This document shows positions 19,157 to 28,207 of a DNA stretch of 64,000 nucleotides, piece after piece. The position numbers and the translations under genes are program-made. The notes under the pieces were generated by a model. It was given only the letters and a program-made list of their open reading frames with translations. It did no database searches and was not told where the DNA came from. Position 1 is the stretch's first letter; the number at the start of each line of letters is the position of its first letter. Origin of the DNA: Armatimonadota bacterium (GTDB taxonomy: Bacteria > Armatimonadota > UBA5829 > DSUL01); NCBI GenBank assembly GCA_039811685.1, contig JBDHZC010000007.1, positions 64,001-128,000 on the forward strand, given 5' to 3'.

Positions 19157-19187
19157 AAAAGCTCAAAAATGAGTTAGCGATGAACGG

Positions 19188-19955
19188 TTAGCTGCGCTTG
19201 CGCAGTCTCAGCAGTCCCAGCCCACTCATTCCGATGAGCGCGCCCATCTGGAAGAAGGCGGGTTCGGGGATAGCATCGGCGTAGACGCGAACATTGATGT
19301 CGCTTGATTTGTCCCAGCCGCCGCCTGGAGCGCCTGAATCCCAAGTATTGTTGTAAGAAGGATTATTGGCGCGGAAAACACGAAAAACACCATCGGCGCC
19401 ATCTTGCGGAGAGCCACTGAGAGGCCCGTTAGAAGCGTGATTGAACCATATGTCCTGGTCAATCTGACCATGGACTCCAAACTTATACGTCTGACCCGCG
19501 TTGACGTCCCAGTTCAAGCCGGAAAACGATACCTCCCAAAGCTGGAAGAAGTTGCCACTCTGGGCCTGGTAGCCCTGCCCATTGGCATAGGTCACGCGAG
19601 TGAAAGTGGCGGACGTGCTAATAACGCTCAGCGGTGAACCATCGTCTGCACTTCCAAACAAGGTGACAGACAGGACTTTGGACGGAAGATCCGAATTGGA
19701 ATCAATCCAGGTCGTAATTGTGTCTATCCTATAGGGTCCCGTTCCGCTCAGTGCAAACGTGTCGCCGTAGAATGTATTGCCGTTAGCGTTACCCCAATCC
19801 ACATTGCTCCGGTTGGCTCCAGCTGCACTGTTGAGGTTAGCGGTGGGTAAACCACGGTCAAAGACCAGCGGCGCGGCACTGACAATAGCGCTCGTAGTTG
19901 TCACGCCAACAGCGGCCAGCGCTACTGCCGCCATAAGAAGCTTTTTCATTATCAT
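19188..19955 (-). CDS. PEP-CTERM-type surface protein 6
   Basis: Signal peptide; tail IPEPAFFQMGALIGMSGLGLLRLRKRS. Start is at 19955 or 19949. Confidence 0.9.
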   Translation of the reverse strand: MIMKKLLMAAVALAAVGVTTTSAIVSAAPLVFDRGLPTANLNSAAGANRSNVDWGNANGNTFYGDTFALSGTGPYRIDTITTWIDSNSDLPSKVLSVTLFGSADDGSPLSVISTSATFTRVTYANGQGYQAQSGNFFQLWEVSFSGLNWDVNAGQTYKFGVHGQIDQDIWFNHASNGPLSGSPQDGADGVFRVFRANNPSYNNTWDSGAPGGGWDKSSDINVRVYADAIPEPAFFQMGALIGMSGLGLLRLRKRS

Positions 19956-20229
19956 TCATCCTTTCTGCTTGCCACCGAGCATCCCGGCCCAGGCGCAAAT
20001 CGCTTTCCCAGGGATATTGCAGTGGCGGTATTGAGCTTATCGAGGCCCACGCATAAGGCGACTTCATTGAGAGCCTGGGTTAGCCGCCTTGCAAACCTGA
20101 CCATTGCGAAGCGTTCAGCGCGGAGTCGTCTGTATCTTTGAGTTTTGTCTCAAGATCGAAATCTGAGGTGGTAAAGCTCTGTTGGACGCCCGGACAGAGG
20201 AATTCCCGATATCCGAGCGGCAACAATTT

Positions 20230-20258
20230 AGAATAACACGAATGAGCCTCAGGGTCAA
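20230..20258 (-). promoter_or_regulatory. Sigma70-type promoter for gene 6
   Basis: TTGACC-N17-TATTCT with extended TG. Confidence 0.6.
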
Positions 20259-20335
20259 GCGCCTTTAGACAGCCCGACGCCTGCGCTGGCTAAGCAGTTG
20301 TACAACCTGACCGAATCGCTGAGCCAGAGCGTCCG

Positions 20336-21523
20336 TTACTGGTGAAGCACCTGCCGATAGACGCCCAGAGTTTGAGCCGCAGTCTTTTCCCAACTGAAAC
20401 GGGCCGCCTGAGCCAGCGAGCGTTCACCTAGCTCGATCCGCCACTCAGGCGATGTTTGCAGATTGTGGAGGGCCGACGCAACCTGCTCTTCATCGTTGGC
20501 ATTAACCAGCACGCCAGCATCGCCAACAACTTCCGGAAGGGCGGATACGTTGTTCACAACAACCGGGACACCGCAAGCCATTGCCTCCAGCGGAGGGAGA
20601 CCAAACCCTTCATAAGCGCTCAAATAGACGAAAGCAAGAGCTCCACGTATGCAAGCTGCGAGGCTCTCGCGCGGGACAAAGCCAGTAAAGAGCACGGAAT
20701 CCCGCAGACCCAGGCGCTCTACTTGCTCGGTAAGCGATTCGTACATCCACCCCTTAGACCCCGCAATAACCAGATGAGGAAGGGAGCCTGGCTCACCTGC
20801 AATGCGACGGTAGGAAGCATAAGCGCGAAGGAGAAGGCCAATATTCTTGCGAGGCTCCAGAGTCGCGAGGCAAAGGAAGTAGTCTCGCGGCAACTGGAGT
20901 TGGTCTCGAACAGATGTATCGCGGGCAGCCAAGTCTGCGGAACGAGCATCTAAAGGAGAGAACTCCTCACCTGCCGCTAACGGGATGGCGTGCACCCTGG
21001 CGCTATCGGCGCCCAGAAGTCGGATTACATCGTTACGCGTGTTGTCCGAAACTGTGATTACTGCATTTGCGCAGCGAACTGAACGTGCCGTCATTGCTCG
21101 CAGATACCTTCGTTTCGCCGGAAGATGGACGTCGTCGAAGAGGAGAAATGCCAAATCGTGAACTGTAACGACACTTCTAGTTCGCAATAAAGCAGGGGCA
21201 ACATTGACGGGTGAGTGGAGCAGCGCCAACCGGTGACTGTAGAGAGAAAGCATGGTCTGTTCCCAGACTAGTCGCGTGAGTGGGCGGGCTGTCTGGAGCC
21301 GGCTTTGTACGACGTGGAAATTGTCTGCTACAGGCAACAAACCTGCTTTCTGAAGCTTTGAGGCGGACGGGCCCGCGAAAACTGTGAAGCGAAACTCCGA
21401 ATTTAGACGCGCAAACGACCGGAGGAGACGACGTATGTATTCTGATACGCCCGCCGAGCGGTATGTCTCCGTCGCATTGAGTAGATGAGCGTTGAAGCCG
21501 ACGGCCTCAGTCGCGTCACTCAA
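20336..21523 (-). CDS. Glycosyltransferase family 4
   Basis: VTVHDL, TLEPRKN and [14 protein letters not shown] motifs. Confidence 0.93.
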   Translation of the reverse strand: MSDATEAVGFNAHLLNATETYRSAGVSEYIRRLLRSFARLNSEFRFTVFAGPSASKLQKAGLLPVADNFHVVQSRLQTARPLTRLVWEQTMLSLYSHRLALLHSPVNVAPALLRTRSVVTVHDLAFLLFDDVHLPAKRRYLRAMTARSVRCANAVITVSDNTRNDVIRLLGADSARVHAIPLAAGEEFSPLDARSADLAARDTSVRDQLQLPRDYFLCLATLEPRKNIGLLLRAYASYRRIAGEPGSLPHLVIAGSKGWMYESLTEQVERLGLRDSVLFTGFVPRESLAACIRGALAFVYLSAYEGFGLPPLEAMACGVPVVVNNVSALPEVVGDAGVLVNANDEEQVASALHNLQTSPEWRIELGERSLAQAARFSWEKTAAQTLGVYRQVLHQ

Positions 21524-22656
21524 TCTGCCGCTACCCTTCTATAAATGTCAGCCATCCTTTCGGCCACACGTTGCCAGGTGTAGCGCTCATCCACCTGCCT
21601 CTTCCCCTCCTGAGCGAAAGCCGCGCGCTCATCCGCATTCTGGCGCAGACGCTCTATAGCTCTGGCCAGCGCTGGAGGGTCGGCTTCCGGAACAATCAAC
21701 CCACCACCGCCAACCACTTCCGGAATAGCTCCGGAGTCTGAGCCTATGACCGGTACGCCGCATGCGTGAGCTTCAATTATCACGCGACCAAACTGCTCCT
21801 TCCACCTTGCAGTTGTGCGAGAGACAAGCGCCAGAGCGTCCAGCGCGTTCATCACTTCCGGCAGCTCTTCCAGCGGTTTTGCCCCTATCACACGCACACG
21901 CGCTGCTACGTTCAGCTCTCCGGCACGGTGGAGAAGCGTCTCCTGTGCCGGTCCGGAACCGACAAAGAGCATATTTACGTCATCGTCACACAGCGCCAGA
22001 GCCTCCACCATGTCCAGAAGCCCCTTCTCTTCAACCAGGCGACCGATATAACCGACAGTGAAACCCTTCACACTGAGGTTGCTGCGGCACTCATCTGAAT
22101 CGAGCGGCTGGAAAAGAGCGGTATCTACGGCATTCGGGACGACTTCCGCCGGCCCTTTGTACCCTTTCTCCCGGATAATCTCCAGTGCCTCGGAGTTGCG
22201 GCAGACAGCGTAGTCTGCGTGACGCAGCGTATAGCGGCGAAACTGCTCAAACGGAGGTGGCAGGCGCTTGTTGATGTTCTGCTCCGTTTCCGAGATGATT
22301 TTGGCCTGCGGAACCACTCTTGTTCGAAGCCAGCAGGCATGCGCGCTCACCAGCCCCCACGGCTCTTCCCAGAGATCAATGACATCCGGCTGGAATTCCA
22401 GAAGAGTCCTGCGAAGGAAAGGGTAGAAGTGAAGATAACTCTGGGCTGGACCAACCCAGGGGAGGGCCACGTACCCCACATCAAAATGGAACAGAGCGTT
22501 GGCCGGACGCTCAGCCCTACGCCATTTGCCATAGTGCATCCAGCGGCTGGGAACCAGAACCCGGAGTTCGATGTCCGGGATTGCGGCCAGGCAGTGGGCC
22601 TTGGGCTGTCCCTCCGTCCGGGACTGACAGGTATGAGAAATGAGCAGAACTCGCAT
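21520..22656 (-). CDS. Glycosyltransferase family 4
   Basis: MRVLLISH start, GRLVEEKG and EQFGRVIIEAHACG. 4-nt overlap with the next GT. Confidence 0.92.
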   Translation of the reverse strand: MRVLLISHTCQSRTEGQPKAHCLAAIPDIELRVLVPSRWMHYGKWRRAERPANALFHFDVGYVALPWVGPAQSYLHFYPFLRRTLLEFQPDVIDLWEEPWGLVSAHACWLRTRVVPQAKIISETEQNINKRLPPPFEQFRRYTLRHADYAVCRNSEALEIIREKGYKGPAEVVPNAVDTALFQPLDSDECRSNLSVKGFTVGYIGRLVEEKGLLDMVEALALCDDDVNMLFVGSGPAQETLLHRAGELNVAARVRVIGAKPLEELPEVMNALDALALVSRTTARWKEQFGRVIIEAHACGVPVIGSDSGAIPEVVGGGGLIVPEADPPALARAIERLRQNADERAAFAQEGKRQVDERYTWQRVAERMADIYRRVAAD

Positions 22657-22944
22657 AGCGAAATGTGATCTCGGCTTCGCGGCATCCGGCCAGATGAGCG
22701 CCAGATACAGCTCAAGCTGTCCAATGATAGTCTCTTTTGGCGGCGTGAGCAAGCGACGCTATGCGCGGATGCGCCGGAGTGGTATAATAGGCTCACTCGC
22801 TCCACTGCAAACTACGAGCGAGAGCACACTTGTCGGGCCTATGAACACAGCTATGACCGCACAAGCAAAAGAACAGATCTCAGGGCGGCGTCCATTGCAA
22901 AGCGCCAGGTCCTGTGCGGCAGAGCCCAGGATGGAGGCAGCCTC

Positions 22945-23136
22945 GTGAGCCCAAAGATCATCTCCTTTGCTATTGGGATAGGTTTCGGCGCGATTGTCTA
23001 TCTGGCCATCGCGTGGGTTGTGACACGACTGCTCAGTCTGCATGACAGAGTGCATGTACAGGACTCGGACGACAGCGAGCGCGGATCATCCGGCAGTGAC
23101 ATGCCCGACACCCACGGCCATGGCGTGCTGCTCTAG
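22945..23136 (+). CDS. Small single-pass membrane protein (63 aa)
   Basis: GGAGG RBS before GTG; one N-terminal hydrophobic helix; acidic/His tail; TGnTATAAT upstream near 22780. Confidence 0.5.
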   Translation: MSPKIISFAIGIGFGAIVYLAIAWVVTRLLSLHDRVHVQDSDDSERGSSGSDMPDTHGHGVLL

Positions 23137-23362
23137 CGGTATGGGCCGGATGGCCTGTAAGCCATGCGCCTCTGACCCTTACACCACCGCAACTCCACAG
23201 GCTACAGCATCTGGACTCCCAGCCTTTCCACACTACGACTGCCGAAGACCTACCCGCTTGTGCCGGCGACTGAGGCTTCGAGGAAAACATCCATTGTTTG
23301 ACGCGGGCGACAAGAATGAATGGGAAAAGAGTCTCCAAAGTCCGGAGTGAGGATAGAGGCGG

Positions 23363-24523
23363 ATGAGGCGTCTAAACGGCATGAGAACGGCAGTCTGTAC
23401 AGCAACCGCAATGACGCTGCTGGCGATTGGAGCGCTGCAAGCGGCGCCGGACGAAAGCGACTACCCGCCCAATCCACCGCGATACTGGCAGCTTTCCGCG
23501 TATATTCTGCCAGGAGATGCGGAAGGCCATTTTGTCCTCAGGCTTGACCGGCACGCTCGCGATCTGTTCAGCTTCACGGTACAGCCGCGAGATATTCGGC
23601 TGCAGGTGCTGGATGGGAGGGGCCGGCCCGCCGATATGGCCGCCGTGATTCAGGCGCCGGCCGACGATCCTCTCCCGCAGACTGTGGACAAATACGGCAG
23701 CCGCTCTGTCACGATTCCGATCGTTGTAACACCAGACCAGGCGCCCGCGGGCATGTATACTCTGCGCGCGCGCACCAGACCTCTGGCTGCAAAAGGCACA
23801 AACAGTGATGAGTTACGGGCTATCTCCACATGGCCCGTCGATCAGAGATTCTACTGGTTGCCGTCGGCAACGGCGGAGCGGACGCTGAAGTTTCTCAGGA
23901 CTAAATACCTCGGAAAGAGAGTGTTTCTCTATCCGGGACTCTCGGTCGAGGTGGTGAGCGACAGCGATGTGCAGGCCCGGTTCAGCCCCGAAGGTCTGAC
24001 AGAAGCGACAATTAAGAACATCTCTCTCAGCGGCGGCCCGCCCCAGATGACAGCGATAGGCGCCACTGACGAGGGTTCCGGCTATATCCGCAGCCGCCTC
24101 TTCACTGTTGAACTGTCCTTCAAGAAACCTCCGGGCTACACGTTCGCCTCATTCTCTGCCACGGGTCCGCCGATAGCTGAGTCGGAACTGCGGGCAGGGC
24201 TGTCTCCTCCTGGAGCCAGATATCTCTGCCACTTTGCCGGTCTCTGGGACTTTGAGCGCTACTTTGCCCTGAAGCACCCGTTTGCGGCTAACTCGAAGTG
24301 GCCGAGATCTGTCCGGCAGGCTATCCGAGACCAGGAGATCCGCAAAGGCATGACGCCCGATCAGGTCGCATGGGCGTATGGATGGCCGGATGAGTTCGGG
24401 ACTGTGAGCGAGATGAGACACTGGACGTCCTGGCGCTACGACAGCGCTCCACCCTTCAGCTTCTGGGTAACATTCGCGCGAGGGCGGGTTGTGAAAGCAG
24501 AGCCAGACGGCACATTGCCGTAG
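23363..24523 (+). CDS. Secreted hypothetical protein with C-terminal SmpA/OmlA-like motif
   Basis: Signal-like N-terminus (start may be 23381 or 23411); IRKGMTPDQVAWAYGWPD motif. Confidence 0.7.
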   Translation: MRRLNGMRTAVCTATAMTLLAIGALQAAPDESDYPPNPPRYWQLSAYILPGDAEGHFVLRLDRHARDLFSFTVQPRDIRLQVLDGRGRPADMAAVIQAPADDPLPQTVDKYGSRSVTIPIVVTPDQAPAGMYTLRARTRPLAAKGTNSDELRAISTWPVDQRFYWLPSATAERTLKFLRTKYLGKRVFLYPGLSVEVVSDSDVQARFSPEGLTEATIKNISLSGGPPQMTAIGATDEGSGYIRSRLFTVELSFKKPPGYTFASFSATGPPIAESELRAGLSPPGARYLCHFAGLWDFERYFALKHPFAANSKWPRSVRQAIRDQEIRKGMTPDQVAWAYGWPDEFGTVSEMRHWTSWRYDSAPPFSFWVTFARGRVVKAEPDGTLP

Positions 24524-24643
24524 TCTGCTCCACAATAGAGGCCTGAAAACATCGCAGGAGGCTTGCGAGCCAGACAACTCTAAGGAAGTGACAGGGGGCC
24601 AGATATAGCGGAAACGGCAGCATTCCAAGCTAGTATGTGAAGG

Positions 24644-24720
<77 letters not shown>

Positions 24721-24735
24721 CTGCGAAACCACGCC

Positions 24736-24764
24736 ATTATAGCACTGCGGACTGTACCCTGCAA
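24736..24764 (-). promoter_or_regulatory. Sigma70-type promoter of tRNA-Val
   Basis: TTGCAG-N17-TATAAT with extended TG. Confidence 0.75.
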
Positions 24765-24851
24765 CGCGCGCAGAGGCCGCGAAAACCTTGAAGTCACGTG
24801 GCGCAAGTCGTGCTTGCTCTGCAGGGATTTCACTTCACTCAGAGACTTGTT

Positions 24852-25601
24852 TCAAACGGATATCCGTCGCAGGATCGTGAAACCACTGGACGTCGGTGTG
24901 TGCTGGATAAGCCAGCCATCACAGTAGTCGGTAAACTTCAGAGTCTCGTCATAGGAGCGGCCAAGAAAGCCCTCGATGGCGGAGAACACCCCGCGGTTAT
25001 CGGTCCCAAGACCAACGCTGCCATCAAGACGGCGGTAAACACGGCGCATGTTGGTGTCGTGGAAGAGAGCGGTTCCCTGCGGCGCCAGATAGGCGAACCA
25101 CTTTTGAATCTCCTGCTGAGTGTGCTCAAATTCGTGGCTGGTATCTATGAACAGGACGTCAATCTGAGCGGGCAGGCCTCTCTGCCGGGCAAAGTCCGCA
25201 AACTGAGCGGCAAACGCCACGTCGTCGGACTGAACAAATATCCAGCCGGGGTCGTCGCTCACGCGCGAACAGTCATTGATGTCCACGCTCAGCAGGCGCG
25301 CTTTTGTCAGATTGGCGGCAGCGAGCAGTATCTGCGTGCTGTGACCGTGCTCTACGCCAAGCTCCACAATCAGCTTTGGACAGGCCGAGACAGCTTCGGC
25401 AAATAGCGCGGGAAGGTGTTCTCCGATTGCAGAGCGGGACGTCGGATAGGTGAGGGCATGCGCAAGCGCCGGGTACGTGACGCCCGGGTTGCGAACGCGC
25501 CTCAGCATGTCGTGCACAGCATTGTACGCTCTCACAAGAACGCGCGCGAGGAGTCCGAACGATTCCCCTTCTGTATGCTGATCTGTGGCGCCCCGTGCCA
25601 T
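24852..25601 (-). CDS. Class I SAM-dependent methyltransferase (Methyltransf_24-like)
   Basis: IVELGVEHGHST, SVDI, DVLFIDTSH and LFHDT motifs. Confidence 0.82.
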   Translation of the reverse strand: MARGATDQHTEGESFGLLARVLVRAYNAVHDMLRRVRNPGVTYPALAHALTYPTSRSAIGEHLPALFAEAVSACPKLIVELGVEHGHSTQILLAAANLTKARLLSVDINDCSRVSDDPGWIFVQSDDVAFAAQFADFARQRGLPAQIDVLFIDTSHEFEHTQQEIQKWFAYLAPQGTALFHDTNMRRVYRRLDGSVGLGTDNRGVFSAIEGFLGRSYDETLKFTDYCDGWLIQHTPTSSGFTILRRISV

Positions 25602-25648
25602 ACCAGGCAGCTTCGCCCGGGCAGCGCCTGAATCCTGTGTTGGCGGCG

Positions 25649-26638
25649 TCAGCTCTCCAGACGCGCCATGCCCGCCTCAGCGTACCGATCGCCCGCAACC
25701 TGATCTACAGGTACGGCCGCCTCCAGCGCTTGTACGTCCCCATCTGAGAGCACGATGCCTGCAGCGGCGGCGTTTTCTTCGAGATAGGCAACTCGTTTTG
25801 CGCCCGGTATCGGCACGATATCCTTGCCTCGAGACATTACCCACGCCAGAGCAAGCTGCGCCGCAGTGCAATGTTTCTGCGCAGCCAGGGATTCAATGTG
25901 TTCGACGAGCGCCCTGTTGCGACGGAAATTGTCCCCCTGAAAACGCGGGGAACTGCGACGCCAGTCGGTTTCCGGCAAATCGTCCGGGCTCTTGAAGCGT
26001 CCGGTGAGCATTCCACGCCCGAGCGGACTGTACGCGACGAACCCCACCCCAAGTTCGCGACAGGTCTGGAGAATGTGCTTTTCAGGATCGCGCGTCCAGA
26101 GAGAATACTCTGTCTGAAGCGCAGTGACTGGATGCACACTATGAGCGCGCCGAATAGTTGCGCTGCCAGCTTCCGACAGCCCGATGTAGCGCACCTTGCC
26201 CTCCCGCACAAGCTCCGCCATCGCGCCAACAGTCTCCTCAATGGGCGTGTCCGGATCAACCCTGTGCTGATAGTAAAGGTCAATCGTATCGACACCCAGT
26301 CGGCCAAGCGACTGCTCACACGCAAAACGCACGTAAGCAGCCGACCCATTGACGCCGCTGGAAGTCTGCCAGCGATCATAGAATACATTGCCGAACTTTG
26401 TCGCGAGCATAACTTCATCCCGGTGGCCGCGGAGGAAGCGCCCGACGAAGCGCTCATTTTCACCCTGCCCGTAGGTGTCCGCTGTATCGAAAAATGAGAT
26501 TCCAAGCTCGAGAGCTCTTTCCAGCGTGCGAAGGCTTTCCGCGTCATCCCGGCCTTCGTAGAAAGCGCTCATGCCCATACATCCCAGCCCCAGCGCAGAG
26601 ACCTCCAGGCCCTGATTCCCGAGTTTGCGGCGTTCCAT
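25649..26638 (-). CDS. Aldo/keto reductase
   Basis: [31 protein letters not shown] and VAYSPLGRG. Confidence 0.95.
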   Translation of the reverse strand: MERRKLGNQGLEVSALGLGCMGMSAFYEGRDDAESLRTLERALELGISFFDTADTYGQGENERFVGRFLRGHRDEVMLATKFGNVFYDRWQTSSGVNGSAAYVRFACEQSLGRLGVDTIDLYYQHRVDPDTPIEETVGAMAELVREGKVRYIGLSEAGSATIRRAHSVHPVTALQTEYSLWTRDPEKHILQTCRELGVGFVAYSPLGRGMLTGRFKSPDDLPETDWRRSSPRFQGDNFRRNRALVEHIESLAAQKHCTAAQLALAWVMSRGKDIVPIPGAKRVAYLEENAAAAGIVLSDGDVQALEAAVPVDQVAGDRYAEAGMARLES

Positions 26639-26668
26639 AGCGCGCTCCTGTCTTTGTAAGATGATCTG

Positions 26669-28027
26669 TCAGCCGAAGATTATCGAGCTTTCGACGCCGG
26701 AGCTTTCCACTTTCCGGCGAATCTCCGCAGTTTTCTCTTCGAAGCCCGGTTTGCCGAGCAGCGCGAACATGTGATTCTTGTAGGCTTCGACGCCGGGCTG
26801 ATCGAACGGATTGAGCCTGCGCAGATAGCCGCTCACAGCGCAGGCTCTCTCAAAGAAATAGAGCAGCGCTCCGAGATGGCGCGCATCCAGCCTTTTCAGG
26901 AGAACCGTACTGTTAGGGACTCCACCTTCCCAGTGCGCCAGCGCTGTTGCTCGATACGCTTCATGGTTGACTTCGCTCAGGGAACGCCCGGCGAGGTAGT
27001 TCAGGCCGTCCAGGTTTTCCTGCGTCTCAGGAACCACCAACTCTGGCTCGCCCTCTTCAACAATGACGAAGGTTTCGGTCAGGAAGCGGCGACCCTGCTG
27101 CATGTACTGCCCCATGCTGTGCAAGTCCGCAGTGAGATCGATGGAAGCGGGAAAGAGCGCCTTGTGGTCTTTTCCTTCGCTCTCGCCGTAAAGCTGCTTC
27201 CACCACTCGGCGACATAGTGCAGCCGGGGTTCAAAGTGCGACAGCACTTCCACATTGTAACCTTTGTCGTAGAGCGTGTTGCGGGCGGCGGCATAGAAGT
27301 AAGCCGGATTTTTCTGGAGATCCGTAGAGGCGCAGGCTTCGGCGCACGTGGCAGCGCCGGATACAAGAGCTGAGATATCAACGCCCCCGTAGGCAATTGG
27401 GAGAAGTCCGACAGGTGAAAGCACTGAGTAGCGCCCGCCCACGTCATCCGGCACAACAAAGCGCTTGTAGCCGCGGTCAGTCGCCAGCTTCAGCAGCGCT
27501 CCCTTGTGCGCATCAGTTGTCGCGACAATCAGCTTCGCCGCTTCCGCAGCGCCTGCATTCTTTTCCACCAGCTCCTGAAAAATGCGAAACGCAATGGCGG
27601 GCTCGGTGGTGGTCCCGGACTTCGAAATGACATTGACAGCCACACGCTTGCCTGCCAGTTGCCTCATCAGGCGACTGTGAAAATCCGCAGAGATGTTGTG
27701 CCCCGCAAAATAGACCGGCTTGCCATCATCCCGGGCCAGCGCCTCAATAACCGCGCGGGCGCCGAGGTACGAGCCCCCGATACCAATGACCACGAGTGCG
27801 TCAGATCGCTCCTGAAGCTCCCGCGCCGTCGTCTGAATCTCTGTCAGAAGAGATTTCGGGGCCAGGACGTCAGGATTCAGCCAACCGCGAAAATCCGCTC
27901 CCAGACCTGCGCCAGAAAAAAGCTGATCGTGAGCTGCAGTTATGCTCTGCTGATATTGAAGAATCTCCGTCTGCGGCGCCGCCGGTTTCAGATACCCCGC
28001 GTCCAGCTTCAGGCCGATTGATGCCAT
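26669..28027 (-). CDS. pgi: Glucose-6-phosphate isomerase
   Basis: GIGGSYLG, SKSGTTTE, DVGGRYS, ESEGK and FDQPGVEAYK. Confidence 0.96.
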   Translation of the reverse strand: MASIGLKLDAGYLKPAAPQTEILQYQQSITAAHDQLFSGAGLGADFRGWLNPDVLAPKSLLTEIQTTARELQERSDALVVIGIGGSYLGARAVIEALARDDGKPVYFAGHNISADFHSRLMRQLAGKRVAVNVISKSGTTTEPAIAFRIFQELVEKNAGAAEAAKLIVATTDAHKGALLKLATDRGYKRFVVPDDVGGRYSVLSPVGLLPIAYGGVDISALVSGAATCAEACASTDLQKNPAYFYAAARNTLYDKGYNVEVLSHFEPRLHYVAEWWKQLYGESEGKDHKALFPASIDLTADLHSMGQYMQQGRRFLTETFVIVEEGEPELVVPETQENLDGLNYLAGRSLSEVNHEAYRATALAHWEGGVPNSTVLLKRLDARHLGALLYFFERACAVSGYLRRLNPFDQPGVEAYKNHMFALLGKPGFEEKTAEIRRKVESSGVESSIIFG

Positions 28028-28207
28028 TAGTGCCTCCCTGTTATATGTTCACGAGCCAGTTGCCCAAATCAGAAATGTTTCCCGACGCAAGTTTACCCAA
28101 TTCGATGCGCCTGTGCCGGTCGCTTGCTGTGTGATTTCGCTTGTTTTGAAGCTTAGCCAAAGGATATACTGGCACAACTACGGCAGTCAGTTGCGAGGAG
28201 GCGCCGC

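Larger units (their letters stand above)
13977..19271 (-). repeat. Six dispersed direct copies of an ~85-bp PEP-CTERM tail
   Basis: Copies begin at 13977, 14887, 15699, 16896, 18180 and 19188. By hand count, 13987-14063 vs 14894-14970 differ at 1 of 77 nt, and 18180-18263 vs 19188-19271 at 3 of 84 nt. Confidence 0.95.

Noticed and set aside
13902..19955. Integron, shufflon, DGR or CRISPR interpretation of the repeated array
   Set aside because: No integrase, recombinase, reverse transcriptase or cas gene in the window. The repeats are coding tails in direct orientation, and no clear attC RYYYAAC/GTTRRRY boxes were seen.
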